Source: Camelus dromedarius
Lineage: Eukaryota
Length of the DNA: 64,000 nt
Direction of reading: 5' to 3'
Assembly (NCBI RefSeq): GCF_036321535.1
Contig: NC_087436.1
Location: 34,102,001-34,166,000, forward strand
In this document: one piece after another, positions 52,433-63,834 of the stretch
How the letters are laid out: every line of letters begins with the position of its first letter
Numbering within the stretch: the stretch's first letter is position 1
Translations under genes and position numbers: made by a program
Notes under the pieces: generated by a model
Told to the model about the DNA's origin: nothing
Database searches by the model: none
The model's input: only the letters and a program-made list of their open reading frames with translations

Positions 52433-54564
52433 CTGAGGCTCAGTCAGGTCTGTTTTTTTACCCATTTATATTATGGTCCTAATTTTTTAAAGTAAAGCTA
52501 ACTTTGTATGGATGATGTCACCAATGTATTAAATGATATTATTTAGGGAAAAAAATTGTGCAAGTTCATACAAGGGGAAGAAATTACATTATATTATCTT
52601 ATCTTCTATTCCTTTATATAACATAAAGGAATATTATACTATTATATATCAAATTTATGTTAATTCCTTGGCTTAGAGACTTCCAGAGCGTGCATACAGA
52701 TAATGTTAATTCAGATTTCATACTACACTGGGGTTCCAGAATTTTCACGGCAGATATTTATATAAAAATGTGTATATATGTATTATGTATACATTATATA
52801 TTTACATTTTATATGTGTCAATATAAAACATATGTATATATAATATGTACATAGAGATTATGCATATATATTTTGTTTTCTTTTCTTCTCCCAGGAATGG
52901 ACTCATTTAAAAAAAAAAAAATCTCCTGGGCTGATGGCAAGCCCCAGCTTTATGGGGCGATCTCAGTCTGGCTTTCTCTCCTGAGACCATGTCTCCTGTT
53001 CAGAGTGGGCGTTACTGTCTCAGGCCCTAGCACTTTGGTCCCATCTCTGCTCTGATACCTTTACAGCCACCAGGGTACCAGTTTAAGAGCATATTGGGAG
53101 CTTATTGCAAGTTTACTGCTTTAATTTGAGGTTTCTTCTTCATCTTTGCCTTCTGGGGACTTCTTAGATTTTGTGTTTGTTAAAAATGCAAAGTTTTTAG
53201 GTGTTTGTACTTGGGCCCAGCAGTTCATATTAGCTCAAACCATTATGCTCTTGGCTGCTATGCTACTAAACTCTGCTGAATTTCCTCAGTCGTTTAAGCT
53301 TTCTTCCCAGGGGTTCTTCTAATTGTAGTTTTTGTTTATGATTTTAGTGTTTCTTAGAATCTAATATTGAAGAAAGAATTTCTTTGAGAGTCGGCCACTA
53401 GCTCTTCTCTGCTTGCAGCAGAAACAGTTAGTAAAAGTATAAGAATTATTGTTTCAATAATGCAGTGTGGTATGAAATTGCAGTTATATTTTAAGAAAGT
53501 TTTTTTCCCCTCAATTTTCTTTCCCTTCTTCTCACTCTTCTTACAAATTGAAATACTGGACCATTTAGCACTCTGTCACGTCAAAAAGAAAATAATGCTG
53601 TTAAGGAGAAAAGGAGGACTCTCCCCCCAACTCTAGAGTTCCAACAGTAAAACCCATAAGGGAAGACAGAGTGCACACAACTGGGAGAAGGATTTAAAAG
53701 AAAACATCATGAATTAGAGTCAGGCTGCCCTGTCCTACCACTCCACCTAGGACAGACGACAGGTGCCCGAGGCTGGAGTTGGTTAGGATGGGGAATAGTT
53801 GGAAGAAAAATTTTTATTACATGGATAAAGGTGGATCTCAACCAGAGAGAGACCTGCACCTGAGTGCTAGGATGAAGCCCATAGGAAAGAGCAAAAGGCA
53901 TAGGTTTGTGGGTTCTGAAAGTAAAATGGCATAATGAATCCTTCTCAAAGAGAGGCATTTAAATGTTGAGTCTAGAAGATACAGTCTTAGTTGATGTTAC
54001 AACGGAGAGATGTTGTAAAAACAGATCCACTTCTAGGTTTCCACAATGCCAAGAAAACAATGAGCAGGACTGGGCAGACCCAGAAGCCATAGAGCTGAAA
54101 ACTGGAACATTTCTACAGCATGGATAAGAACTGAATTCCAGAATGTCCTAAAGCTATCTCAGCAAGACACCAAAGAGGACAAATGGCACTGACAATGATA
54201 TCTCACTACTCATGCCTTGTGTCATAAGCCTACTTAATATTGTATGCCTCGTAAGAAAAACACGTGATCACAATTTGATTACAGTTCATTTGCAGCTTCA
54301 CAAATGAGTGGAGGACAGAAAAAGAAATTGAGTGATAGAAACTACCAGCAGGAACTGAATTTGAACTTGCACCCAACACAATGCTTTCCTTAATCCAAAC
54401 TTTCCTTTTATTTATTTATTTGATTTGAAACATTTCACCTAAAACATTCAATATTTTTCTTTTAGTAGCAAAAACATGTTATGCTTGGTATGTATGTTTT
54501 CCAAGGCACTGATTTCAAACTAATACCTAAAGCCAGTTTCAAATATATTCTTTTGTTCAGCTCA

Positions 54565-54760
54565 CAGTGGGATGCTGGAGACTGCTCAGACTTGCTCCCA
54601 AGAACCAATTACACACCTTTCTTCCCGTCTTTACTGATGTTTACTGATGTTGTCCAGGTAGCTCAAAATTGGCCATAGTGGGAGTATTTACACCATAGAA
54701 AGCAGCAAATGCTATACATCAGGACTTCCCCCTCCTATTAAATCTTTAGCAACACACTGC
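54565..54760 (+). mobile_element. MER63-like hAT element
   Basis: cagtgggatgctggag...aaaattggccatagtgggagtatttacaccatagaaa...agcaacacactg with imperfect terminal inverted repeats. Confidence 0.75.
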
Positions 54761-54946
54761 TGATCCTGTATCTCTAGCACTTGAGAGCCATTTTTTAAAT
54801 GTCCCATGTTTCTGCTACAACTGAGTTTATTTTTAGTTTTTGAGCAGAGACTATCCAGTCACATATGACATTTTTTATGATTCCTGGGAGTTCCAGATTT
54901 CTAATTTAGTAAAATTCGTGTTTTATGTTTAAAAAACTTGAATTAC

Positions 54947-55124
54947 TGGATTTACGGAATGAGTATATGGGGCTACGACCCAGCCGCATGGTCCTCCGTC
55001 CCTGTGGTGCCAACCCAGTATTTCGCATCTGCTGGGCGCACATACAGTGGCCCCGGCAGCCGCAGAACACAGGTGCTCGTCCAGCAGCAGATCGATGACC
55101 CAGAGGGTGGATTTTGTATTAGCC
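54947..55124 (-). pseudogene. PKD1-like exon relic: PKD repeat
   Basis: Acceptor ttttcttccataaaag|G, in phase with the previous exon (TG+G). ANTKSTLWVIDLLLD ~ PTNHTVQLQAVVRD; LGWHHRDGGP resembles the W...D.G motif. 3' end uncertain (54947 or 54956). Confidence 0.55.
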
Positions 55125-55743
55125 CTTTTATGGAAGAAAAGAGTAGTAGGAAATCATGTCATGTAGCTGTTCTGTGGGTAGGTATATAATTATAATGCTG
55201 TTTTTATTCTTTTTTATAGTCCTAACCAATGTCAGACTTTTGAAGAAATTAGTGATGAGGAAATTAAAGGAAGGAAATGAAATGGACTGCCACAGTGTGC
55301 ATAGTTTATCTAGCCTTAGAGAACTCAGAGATAAAGGATGAAAGACTTGTTCCAGAAGCAAAGGGTGAGAGTTCCTTTTATCAAGTGAAATGAGTATAAG
55401 TGAGTTAAAAGATCACTCAGAAATGACTTTGCTTATTATCCAGATCTTCTGTGTTTTATCTTTTGCAGAAAATAACAGTTCCTGAATGCTCTGTTGAGTG
55501 CAGGGGGGAAGGCAGTGGTGTGGGGAGTGAGGCTAAAGACAGGAAAGCATAAAGTTAAGACAAAATAGCCTGACGGTTGCCTGGAGGGGAGCAGAGGGAG
55601 GAGGGCTGAGGATTATGGAAAAGTGTGCAATTTCCAGACCCCACACAGACTTCCTTCAACAATAGGGGAAAACCTCAGGATTTCCTACTCCCAAAGATTG
55701 AGACGACATGATACAGTAGGCTAAGGGCTGCTGGCTCAGTCAC

Positions 55744-55964
55744 CAAGCCAGTTGTCTGGACTCTCTGTAGTTTATAACAGTTATCGCATGAGCTCCTGAT
55801 GCCAAAAAAATTATTAAAACGAGAAATTTCCCTAAATCACAATCCACTTTGATTTGCAAAGGATCTATTTGTAATAATTTTCTCTCAGACTGATCCTTTA
55901 TCCAGTGCTCAAAGTTATTTTCTCCTCTAACATTTTTTATCAGTCTAGTCATACAAAAACCATA
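55744..55964 (-). pseudogene. PKD1-like exon relic: PKD repeat
   Basis: tgtttcag|TAT acceptor and TG|gtgact donor; open frame YGFCMTRLIKNVRGENN...KLLQIDPLQI ~ YTFRSVGTFNIIVTAENE...YVLQLIEGLQV. Confidence 0.75.
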
Positions 55965-56627
55965 CTGAAACAGATGTCAATGTTCAAAATAAAGTAAAAC
56001 TTTGTCATTCTTATATAGTTTATAATTTATTAGCTAAGTAATTTACATGATTCTGCCTTTTTACAGAAACTGCCTCTGCTCTACTGAAATAAATATCTAC
56101 TAATTTATATCTATTGGATGGAAATTTTTTTTAGTTGAAATACATTACCTATTTTTTTTAAGAAAAATACAAAATGTCATAGCATAGAAACACTCACTTG
56201 AGTAAATCATAGCAGTGTATGGGAAGTTAAGATCTGAGCCACTTTCCTTCAAGAATGTATAAAATAATTCAAACAGAACTTTGTTAAGTCGTGATTCATA
56301 CTAACAGTAATTCAATTTAAGAACAAATGCTGCTGAGCAGAGGATAAAGGATTTTAAGGCAACAATGTAATGAGAGAAAAAAAAAAGTCCCAGGTGGCCA
56401 AGTGTCTTCCTTACACTCAGTTCAATGCAGTAATTATTTCAGGTGAAGGATTTTATTCACTCATTCAACAGATATTCTTTGGAGCCTAATATGTTTCAGG
56501 TACTCTTTAAGGCACTAAAGACACAAGAGGGAAAAATAGCCAAAAACAAAAACAAAAAAGAGAGAGAGAGAGAGATAATATTGGATCATTTCCTTCAGTG
56601 TCTGACCTACTGGGGAGAAACTAAGAC

Positions 56628-57400
56628 CTAAAAGAAAGCAGAGGCCCCTGACTGCATTTGGCCTGGTGGTAACACACACGAATTAACATGTGGGGAACAT
56701 GAAGAAACCGGCTTGGCCCTCTTCTCTGTCATTGCTGATTTCCTGATCAGGAGTCGGCTACAACCAGTTCAGAAAGCTCTGTTTTCATTTTCTCCCTCGA
56801 TGTGCAGAGCAAAACCTTTTAAAAGCCCAGGGTGTGGATTTAGGGATAGGTGTCTCCTCTCTCTCCCCAAATCTAGGATAATCGTTGATAGCTTGGTATT
56901 TGCCTGAAAAGAAGTTTTATCAAAACTCTAATATGAGGAAGCTGGAAATTGTTTCCAGTCTCTTAAATAAAGTTCCATTTGGAGAATTTTACTTCTGTTA
57001 TCTTCTTTAAACTTTAGCTTCTACTTCACACATTATCTAGGTGCAAGCTGAAGGCACTAGTCCTTGCATGCTTTAGCCATTTGTAATTTAGAAGTGGATG
57101 TTGCCAGCTCTTGAGTTACCTTCAGATTGCCTTTCAATTTATCTAATATCTTATTAAAAATTTTTTTTCAAAATTTTATTTTATCCCGTTTAAATGAGAC
57201 AAGACTGAAGTCATCAATTTTATGTTCTCTTCAGACCGGAGAGATGGCTTCATCTCTGCTCTTGGCATCATGAAATGCCAACTAAAATTTATGCCTTGAC
57301 TATTTTAATGAGCAAGTCTGTTGCATTTGGAACTTTCTAATAAAATCTATTTTCAGAGCTTTAGCCATCTTGGTCTTTTTTGTCTCTCAATTATGCTGGT
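56628..57400 (-). pseudogene. PKD1-like exon relic: PKD repeats
   Basis: AFHDAKSRDEAISPV*REHKIDDFSL ~ VLSSRVNRAHYFTSICVEPEVGNVTL; STIILDLG ~ ASYLWDLG; GFALHIEGENE ~ GDFTVRVAGWNE; QMQSGASAFF ~ SLEAGSDVRY. Upstream boundary approximate. Confidence 0.75.
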
Positions 57401-57609
57401 CTCAACTCTGCTACAAATCTGTTTCTGGGCTGAGAGAATTTGGCCTCCTAAAACCCAGCATGCTTTTTCATCTAGCTCATTCCAATTCATCCTTCACATC
57501 AAGCTTCCTTTAGGCATCACATCCCCTTCAGGTTACCTTTGATTTGTTTTGTCATGTATTTGGAGAGAACCAGGTAATTTCCCTGTCTAGCCTTAAATAA
57601 AATGTAATT

Positions 57610-58700
57610 TTAAGATTTTTAATAAAGAAATTTGTAGAGAGAACAGTATGATGAATTCCTATGTACCCATTACCATCAGCTTCAACAATAACAATCCATG
57701 GATAACTTTTTTTTCTTAAAAATTAAATCAGTCACAATATACATAGAATAGTATTTAGTGATTTTAAATTTAAAATTGAATGACTTTTGTCTAATGCATA
57801 TAGTTTTGTAACCATCTCCATAATTGTGATACAGAACATATCCATCACCCTAAAATGCTTTTTTAGCCACTTTGATGTCAATATTACAACATCTTTCTGT
57901 CAAGTTTTCATGTCTTATCAAGCTGTAAAAATCCTTTATATATTCTGGATACAACTACTTAGGTATATTTTGCAAATATTCTTTTCACAGACTGTGACTT
58001 GTCCTCTTATTTTTTTAATAGTGTATTTGAAGGCATCAAAGGTTTTAGTATATATGAAGTCCAATTTATCAAATTTTTTTAGGGTTTATGCTTTTTGTGT
58101 GCTTTATAAGAAATCTATTCAGAATCCAGGATCACAAGAATTTTTCTCCTATATTTTCTTCCAAGAAGTTTTCTAATGTTAGGTCTAACCTTTAGGTCTA
58201 TGATCAATTTTGAGTTAATTTGTGTATGTGAGGTTTAATTGGTTTAATTTTGTATGAGAATATTAAATTGTTCCAGCATCATTCATTGAAAACAATTTTT
58301 CATAGTCAAATACCTTGACATCTTTGTGGAAAATCCATTTACCACATACATGTAGGTCTACCTCTAGAGGCTCTATTTTTTCTTTGAGGTGCAAGTCTAT
58401 GTCACACGGGCTCAATTACTCTAGCATTATAGTAAGTCTTGTAATTAAATTGTGTATATCCTTCAACTTTAACCTTTCTTTTCAAAGCAATTTGGGCTAT
58501 TTCTGGTTCTTTGCATTTTCATGTGAATATTAAAATCAGCTTGTTGATTTCTAACGACAGGAAGAACAAAAATCCATTGTGATTTTGAATGGGATTGCCT
58601 TAAACCCCTCTAATCAGTTTTTTATAAAATTGACATTTTATTAGCACTGAATCTTCAAACCCATGAACACATACTCTCTCCATTTACTTAGTAGCATTAT
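57610..58700 (-). mobile_element. Ancient L1 fragments
   Basis: tatattctggatacaac...gaagtccaatttatcaa...tgttccagcatcattcattgaaa...aaaatcagcttgttgatttct. Confidence 0.8.
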
Positions 58701-59299
58701 TTTATAATTGGAAAAGACATAGATTTTATGAGGTGAGCTGGTGAGAAAGAAACACAGTGAGAGGAATGGAGTAACATCTTTCCCATATCAGGTCTTCTGA
58801 GCTCTTTTTGAGATTTCTGTGAGGAGAGGAGTTAAAAAAAAAAAAACTGATGCCAATAGTTTCATTTAAGGACAACAGCCCTCTAGATACAAGGAGGGAG
58901 CTCGGGTGACAATGAGTTATACCCATCACAAGTCATGTGACTAGAGGTGACATGTAGGCACATCTAGCATCGGCTCCCTTGACACAGTTTTCTTTAGTGC
59001 AATAATTACTGGAGCTTGGGTGTTTCCTTTCAAACTGTCAACACTCTTCTGGTGACAGAGACTTGACCTGAAGTTTCATGGGGCTTGAGGATATCCAATG
59101 TCATATGGGGCTATTGGATGGGGGCTCATCGAAGTCCTGAGGTACAAGCTTACACCCTCCTCGGGAAATTCTTCATAGCCACTATCAAAGAAAGCTCTCA
59201 TTCCAACTTTGACCAAGAGAAGACCTGCTGTGGCTTCTCCCCACAGACATCATGATGTACTCATTTGGGTGATCAGGGATGGTTTGCTGACATCACCTC

Positions 59300-60345
59300 A
59301 GTTTGGCAGATTGTGTTTTCCAAAGATGGAAATATGTATATGAATTGATGGGACCTGTGTTCCCTCTCTTGAACCTAGGCAGGGATTTATAATTGCCCTA
59401 ACCACTGGGGTAATATGGAAGTGACGCTGTGGTGCTATGTGACTCTTTTTTTTCCCTTAAAAAAAGTATTTTATTGTGGTAAGAACATTTGCCATGAGAT
59501 CCGTCTTCTTAACAAACTTTTAAGGGTACAATACAGTATTGCTAACTATAATTACAATGATGTACAGCAGCTTTCTAGAACTTATTTATCTAGCTTAGCT
59601 GAAGCTTTATGTCCGTGGATTAGCAACCCCTGACTTCCCCTTTCCCTTAATCCCTGGTAACCACCATGCCATTCTTTAAGTCTATGAATCTGACTATTTT
59701 AGATACCTCATGTAAGTGGAATTTAGCCTTCTGTGACTGGCTTATTTCACTTAGCATAATGACCTCAAGGTTTATCCATACTATTACATATTGTAGCATT
59801 TCCTTCTCTTTTATAGCAGAACAATAGTCTGTTGTATGTATGTACCACATTTTCTTTAGCCATTCATTCAGCCATTGATAGACATTTAGGTTGTTTCCAC
59901 ACTGGCTACTGTAAATAATGCTGCAACGAACATGGGAGGGCTAATATCTCGTCAAGATCCTGGTTTCAATACTTTGGAATCAACAGAGAGGCTTCTGCCT
60001 GGTGCTCTTGCTCTCTTTTTTCTCTTTCTCAGGATACTCACTCTTAGAACCCAGCCACTATGGTATAAGGAGTACCAAGTGACAAGGAGAGATGAGTATG
60101 TACGTTAACAGCCTCAAGTAAGATCTGAGACAATAGCCAGGCTCGATGATAAGATATGAGTGAAAAAGTCTTTGGAAGATGACAGCCTCCAGGCTTCAAG
60201 TCGTACAGTTAAGACCTCAAAAATTCTGAAGCAGAGGTATCCTATCCAAATTGATGATCCACAGAAACAATGAGAGACAGCAAATCATTTTCTTAGTTAA
60301 CCCATGAAATTGCAGGATGATTTGTTATAAAGCAATAGACACTTA
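59300..60345 (+). mobile_element. MLT1 (G/H-like) LTR split by an L1 insertion
   Basis: Start ggcagattgtgttttccaaagatgg; resumes gcttctgcctgg...gaacccagccacta; ends tttgttataaagcaatagacac. Confidence 0.65.
59460..59982 (-). mobile_element. L1MA-type 3' end
   Basis: ORF 59647-59850 (MWYIHTTDYCSAIKEKEM...IMLSEISQSQK) is the L1 ORF2 C-terminal motif. Confidence 0.9.
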
Positions 60346-60596
60346 AGATACTTTTCCATGAGATTTTCCCGAGCTGGCCATAAAGGGGCTTAGAAGTCTC
60401 TTCATCCTGATTTCTCTCCTCTCCACATGGTCCTCCATGTCTGTTTCTCCCATTTCATGGCACAGGCTTACCCAGGATTTCTTCTGTTATTCCCTTCCAG
60501 CCAAAGGGCACAGCATATCTGTCTTTCTATCTATTTCCTTTTATAATTTACTAAATAGTCAACACTAAATAAATATAGTTTGTTACTAAATAATAC

Positions 60597-60947
60597 TTAA
60601 AAAGCAAGATATTAGTGTTTTCAAGATTATCTCTTTAATTCCAAGATACTGTTTGATATTCAGAATATTTGATTCTTTCTATCTTATATCTTTTTAGCTA
60701 TATGAATCTTAATTGTCTTTGATTCAGTGTGGAAGACTGATGTGTGTGGAAAGAAAAGCACAAAGACGAATATTTTAGGATATAATTCACTAAATGTGTG
60801 TGTGTGTGAGACATATAAGTAGGTTCTATGTTTATAAATGGAGATGAAGGATCACTTCTAGTAAGTGAGCATTTAAAATGTCTATTAACCTCATTCACAC
60901 TCACTTTCCTGGAGAGCTTTAGCATTATTCCTATTCCAGATTGCCAG
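60597..60947 (-). pseudogene. PKD1-like exon relic: PKD repeats (3' part of the LTR-interrupted exon)
   Basis: EPTYMSHTHTHLVNYILK ~ EATVEHVYLRAQNCTVT; YQTVSWN*RDNLENTNI ~ YLFDWTFGDGSSNTTV; putative donor AA|gtatta at 60597/60596. Confidence 0.75.
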
Positions 60948-61386
60948 TGAAGTGGGAGGAAAGGGGGCAGGTCACAACCACTGAACGAGTGACACAGCAG
61001 TTGAGGACAGGACAGACTGGTCAGAACCAAGATGGCGGAAGATTCAACTTCCAGTAGACCTTGAGCCTCATGGCGCACCCACTGGCACCATGACAGTTCC
61101 CAGGCTGACTATGAAAGGTCAAAAAGTGGGCAGGGGGGGTTCCTGAAAATCCTCGCCCCTTCCCCAAAGTAATTGGAATAATCCTCCTACCCATTAGCAT
61201 GTGAAATTACTGAGCCCATAAAACCTAACAGCTCCGCACCTCCTGATCGCTCTTGCTCTGTCACTCTTTCTCTCACCTTCTGTGGCGGCCCGCACTCTGT
61301 CTGTCTAAATAAACTTGCTTTCACTGTACCATGCCTTGCTCTTGAATTCTTTCGTGTGTGAGACAAGAACCTATTCTCCCCCAACA
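60948..61386 (+). mobile_element. ERV1-type solo LTR inserted in a pseudogene exon
   Basis: TG...CA termini, 439 bp, cccataaaa TATA-like box and AATAAA near 61308; 4-bp TSD ccag/gcag (one mismatch). Confidence 0.85.
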
Positions 61387-62928
61387 GCAGGACCCAAAAC
61401 CAACAGGTCCTCAGTTAGGTTTACATGTACACAAGTCTCGCAAATCAGTCTCTGTCATTTAAGAATGCCCAGCATTGAGGACGTTTCCAGTAAGGAACCA
61501 GTTTTCTTAGCTCCCTTGCTACTATATTACTATTTCTTTCCAACAATGTATATTTTCATACATTTTCCATTGAACTAATATATACCTTCATCCAAACAGA
61601 AACAACAACAAACCAAAGTGGACAAAAGGCACATGTTCCTGTTGTTAGAAGTTTTTCATTTGCAACCCCCACCTCCACTAGCACTCCTTTTATCAAAAGA
61701 CACAAAGACTTTCAACATCTTTTCTTGGTTTCTTGTATTTTTATGCAAAACTCACAGACAGAAGTTTCAGCAGAGCAGGGTAAGTGGAAACGGAAGCAAT
61801 TTACTTTTAATGAAGTTTAAGACACAAAACCTGAACATTTCTATATGCAAATTAGAACTTTTTATTCTCAATAATGCATGCTCCTCAATTGTTAATGATT
61901 GTAACTACATCTCAATATTTCTCTAAAAGTGAAATTTAATATTACAAAGTTTTGAAAATGAACTGATTAAGCAAGTTTTTTTCCTTTTATTCAGATATAT
62001 CTTTTGTCAATAGAACTATTCAATCATGCAAGTTCCCATGAATTATTTGCTAATGAGTGATTACATGTCATTTAAAATCTGTCAAGGAAGACCCTCCAAT
62101 TTGTAGTTCTAGATGCACTTTATAAAAATGGTTATCTTTTCAGGAATTACAGTTCATTTGGATTAAATTTCAATTGTAACACACACTTGTGAGTTTGGTA
62201 TCAGAAATGTTCTCATTTCTTTGGATATCACTGTGGCTTGCTGACCTTTTATCTTCTAAAGTTATATGCCTTGTAGCTGGATCAAAAATTGGGCCAAAAG
62301 CTTGGGACATGAGGTAATTTGTTTTTTTATTAAAACTAGGATTCCTGTAAATAAAGCCCAGGGAAAAGTTCGCTAAAGAGGGCCTTTTAAATCTCCTCTG
62401 CCACATGCCAGAGGAGGATTTTTTTCAGGCACCATGAGTGTGTGTCACAATATATGTAAGGGTCAAAGAAAGTGCGATCATTCAACTTTTGGAACTTGAG
62501 GTTATATTATTTCAAGGTTGCCTATTTTCTAATACCATCAGGACTGGCTAACTCACTTGAGCTGAACAGTTTAGTTTAAAAGTTCCTAGTTGTTGAAAGA
62601 TTTTTTTTTGGACCAGGTGACCGAAGGAAAATAAAGCCGGGTAAAGTGAACACAACAAAATAAAAACAAAAGCAAACATTACAAGGACAGGATGGCTGCA
62701 TCTTCTCCATGCTCTTTACACTCCCTTCCAGGAAGTCTTGCAGGGAAATTCAGGACTTACGGCTAATTGAGATTAACAGCAAGGGAGTGAGGATTCCAAT
62801 GTTGCACCTTACTGGACTGTGAGTAGGTATTTGAGACTCTTGTTCAGCTCTCACATTGATTTTCTGGAGGAGGGGTGGGACCAGCAGGGCTTTCTCTCTA
62901 GCTATTTACAAGTATACTTTAATCCCTC
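61387..62928 (-). pseudogene. PKD1-like exon relic: pre-PKD linker and early PKD repeats (5' part of an LTR-interrupted exon)
   Basis: Acceptor atttcctag|G at 62928. KIGNLEII*P ~ PVAGLRVIYP; SLANFSLGFIYRNP ~ SRANLSLRVTAEEP; TLEDKRSASH ~ TINDKQSLTF; VEVGVANEKLLTTGTCAFCP ~ VAVGVSDGVLVAGRPVTFYP; YSSKG ~ YASRG; VHVNLTEDLLVL ~ ADVRVFEELRGL. Small internal introns cannot be excluded. Confidence 0.82.
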
Positions 62929-63834
62929 CTAGGAAATCATTAATGATTCTCAGCAGAATATTTAGAATATCCAAAAGAAGAAAAAAAAAAAGTTATCCAT
63001 AGACTTACTGTAACAGACAAATGCTTTTGGTGTTTTAGGGTATTTCTTCCTGTGTTCTTTGAAAGTATAATTGTGTTTATATAATATAATAAAATTAATA
63101 TTAACTTAAACTTTACCTAAATGTAATTTGCTGACTTATATTCATATTAATAAGTGCTGATTTAAAATATATATATTCATATTTCATATTTAATTTCTAT
63201 AAATACAGTTTATATTTATGTTCACATCCATATCTACATCTCTATATAATTTTCTCTGATTAAAGAGATAATACAATTCTTGAGAAATAGTACATTTTTA
63301 GAAAGTAATTTTCAAAGATACATATGTGATATTTTTCTTAGTTTTTCATAACTAAGGATTCATGTATTTGCATTCATACATGTGTTAAATGCATTATATG
63401 AAATTTTGAGCACACACATTCTTTTTCATGACATTATCTAGATGCTAGCATATTGATGGCACTTTGTCATTTAAAATTGTATCAGGTTTCTCAGTTAGTC
63501 TTGCTTTTATATCCATTGGTATACAGTTTTATTCTATTTTCTTTGTTTTAGGTTTTTGTGAATACCTCTTTTGTTTATTAATTTCCCTTTCCATCTCATC
63601 CTATTGGCATTTTGTTTCAGCTCTTCTCCCCTTGTGACTTTTAAAAGGCCATAATTATTAATTTATTAAAGATATTTATGTAAAAACCCTTGTCCTTCTG
63701 AAGATTGAAAGACTGGTTTCAGTCAATGGATTATACTTCTTAGGATTCTTAAAGTAGATTGAAAATATTAAACCTTTTCCTGAAATTTACTTTGGATTCT
63801 CAAATACATGATTTTTAGAGCAATATCATTGGTG

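Larger units (their letters stand above)
24263..62928 (-). pseudogene. Degraded multi-exon polycystin-1-family (PKD1-paralogue, pkd1b-like) pseudogene; 5' part probably continues beyond the window
   Basis: About 20 minus-strand segments translate into peptides colinear with recalled human PKD1, in the order PKD repeats > REJ > GAIN/GPS > TM1 > PLAT > TM2-5 > TM6/TOP > TM7-11. Many in-frame stops and frameshifts; many AG/GT boundaries retained. Confidence 0.88.

Noticed and set aside
54938..55189. Plus-strand ORF that looks superficially PKD-like (TQYFASAG...VLVQQQI)
   Set aside because: Wrong strand relative to all other relics; the minus-strand frame has a phase-compatible acceptor and fits the colinear order.
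24263..62928. Functional PKD1, PKD1L1-3 or PKDREJ gene, or a processed pseudogene
   Set aside because: Many stops and frameshifts plus an exonic LTR exclude an intact gene; repeat-filled introns exclude a retrocopy.
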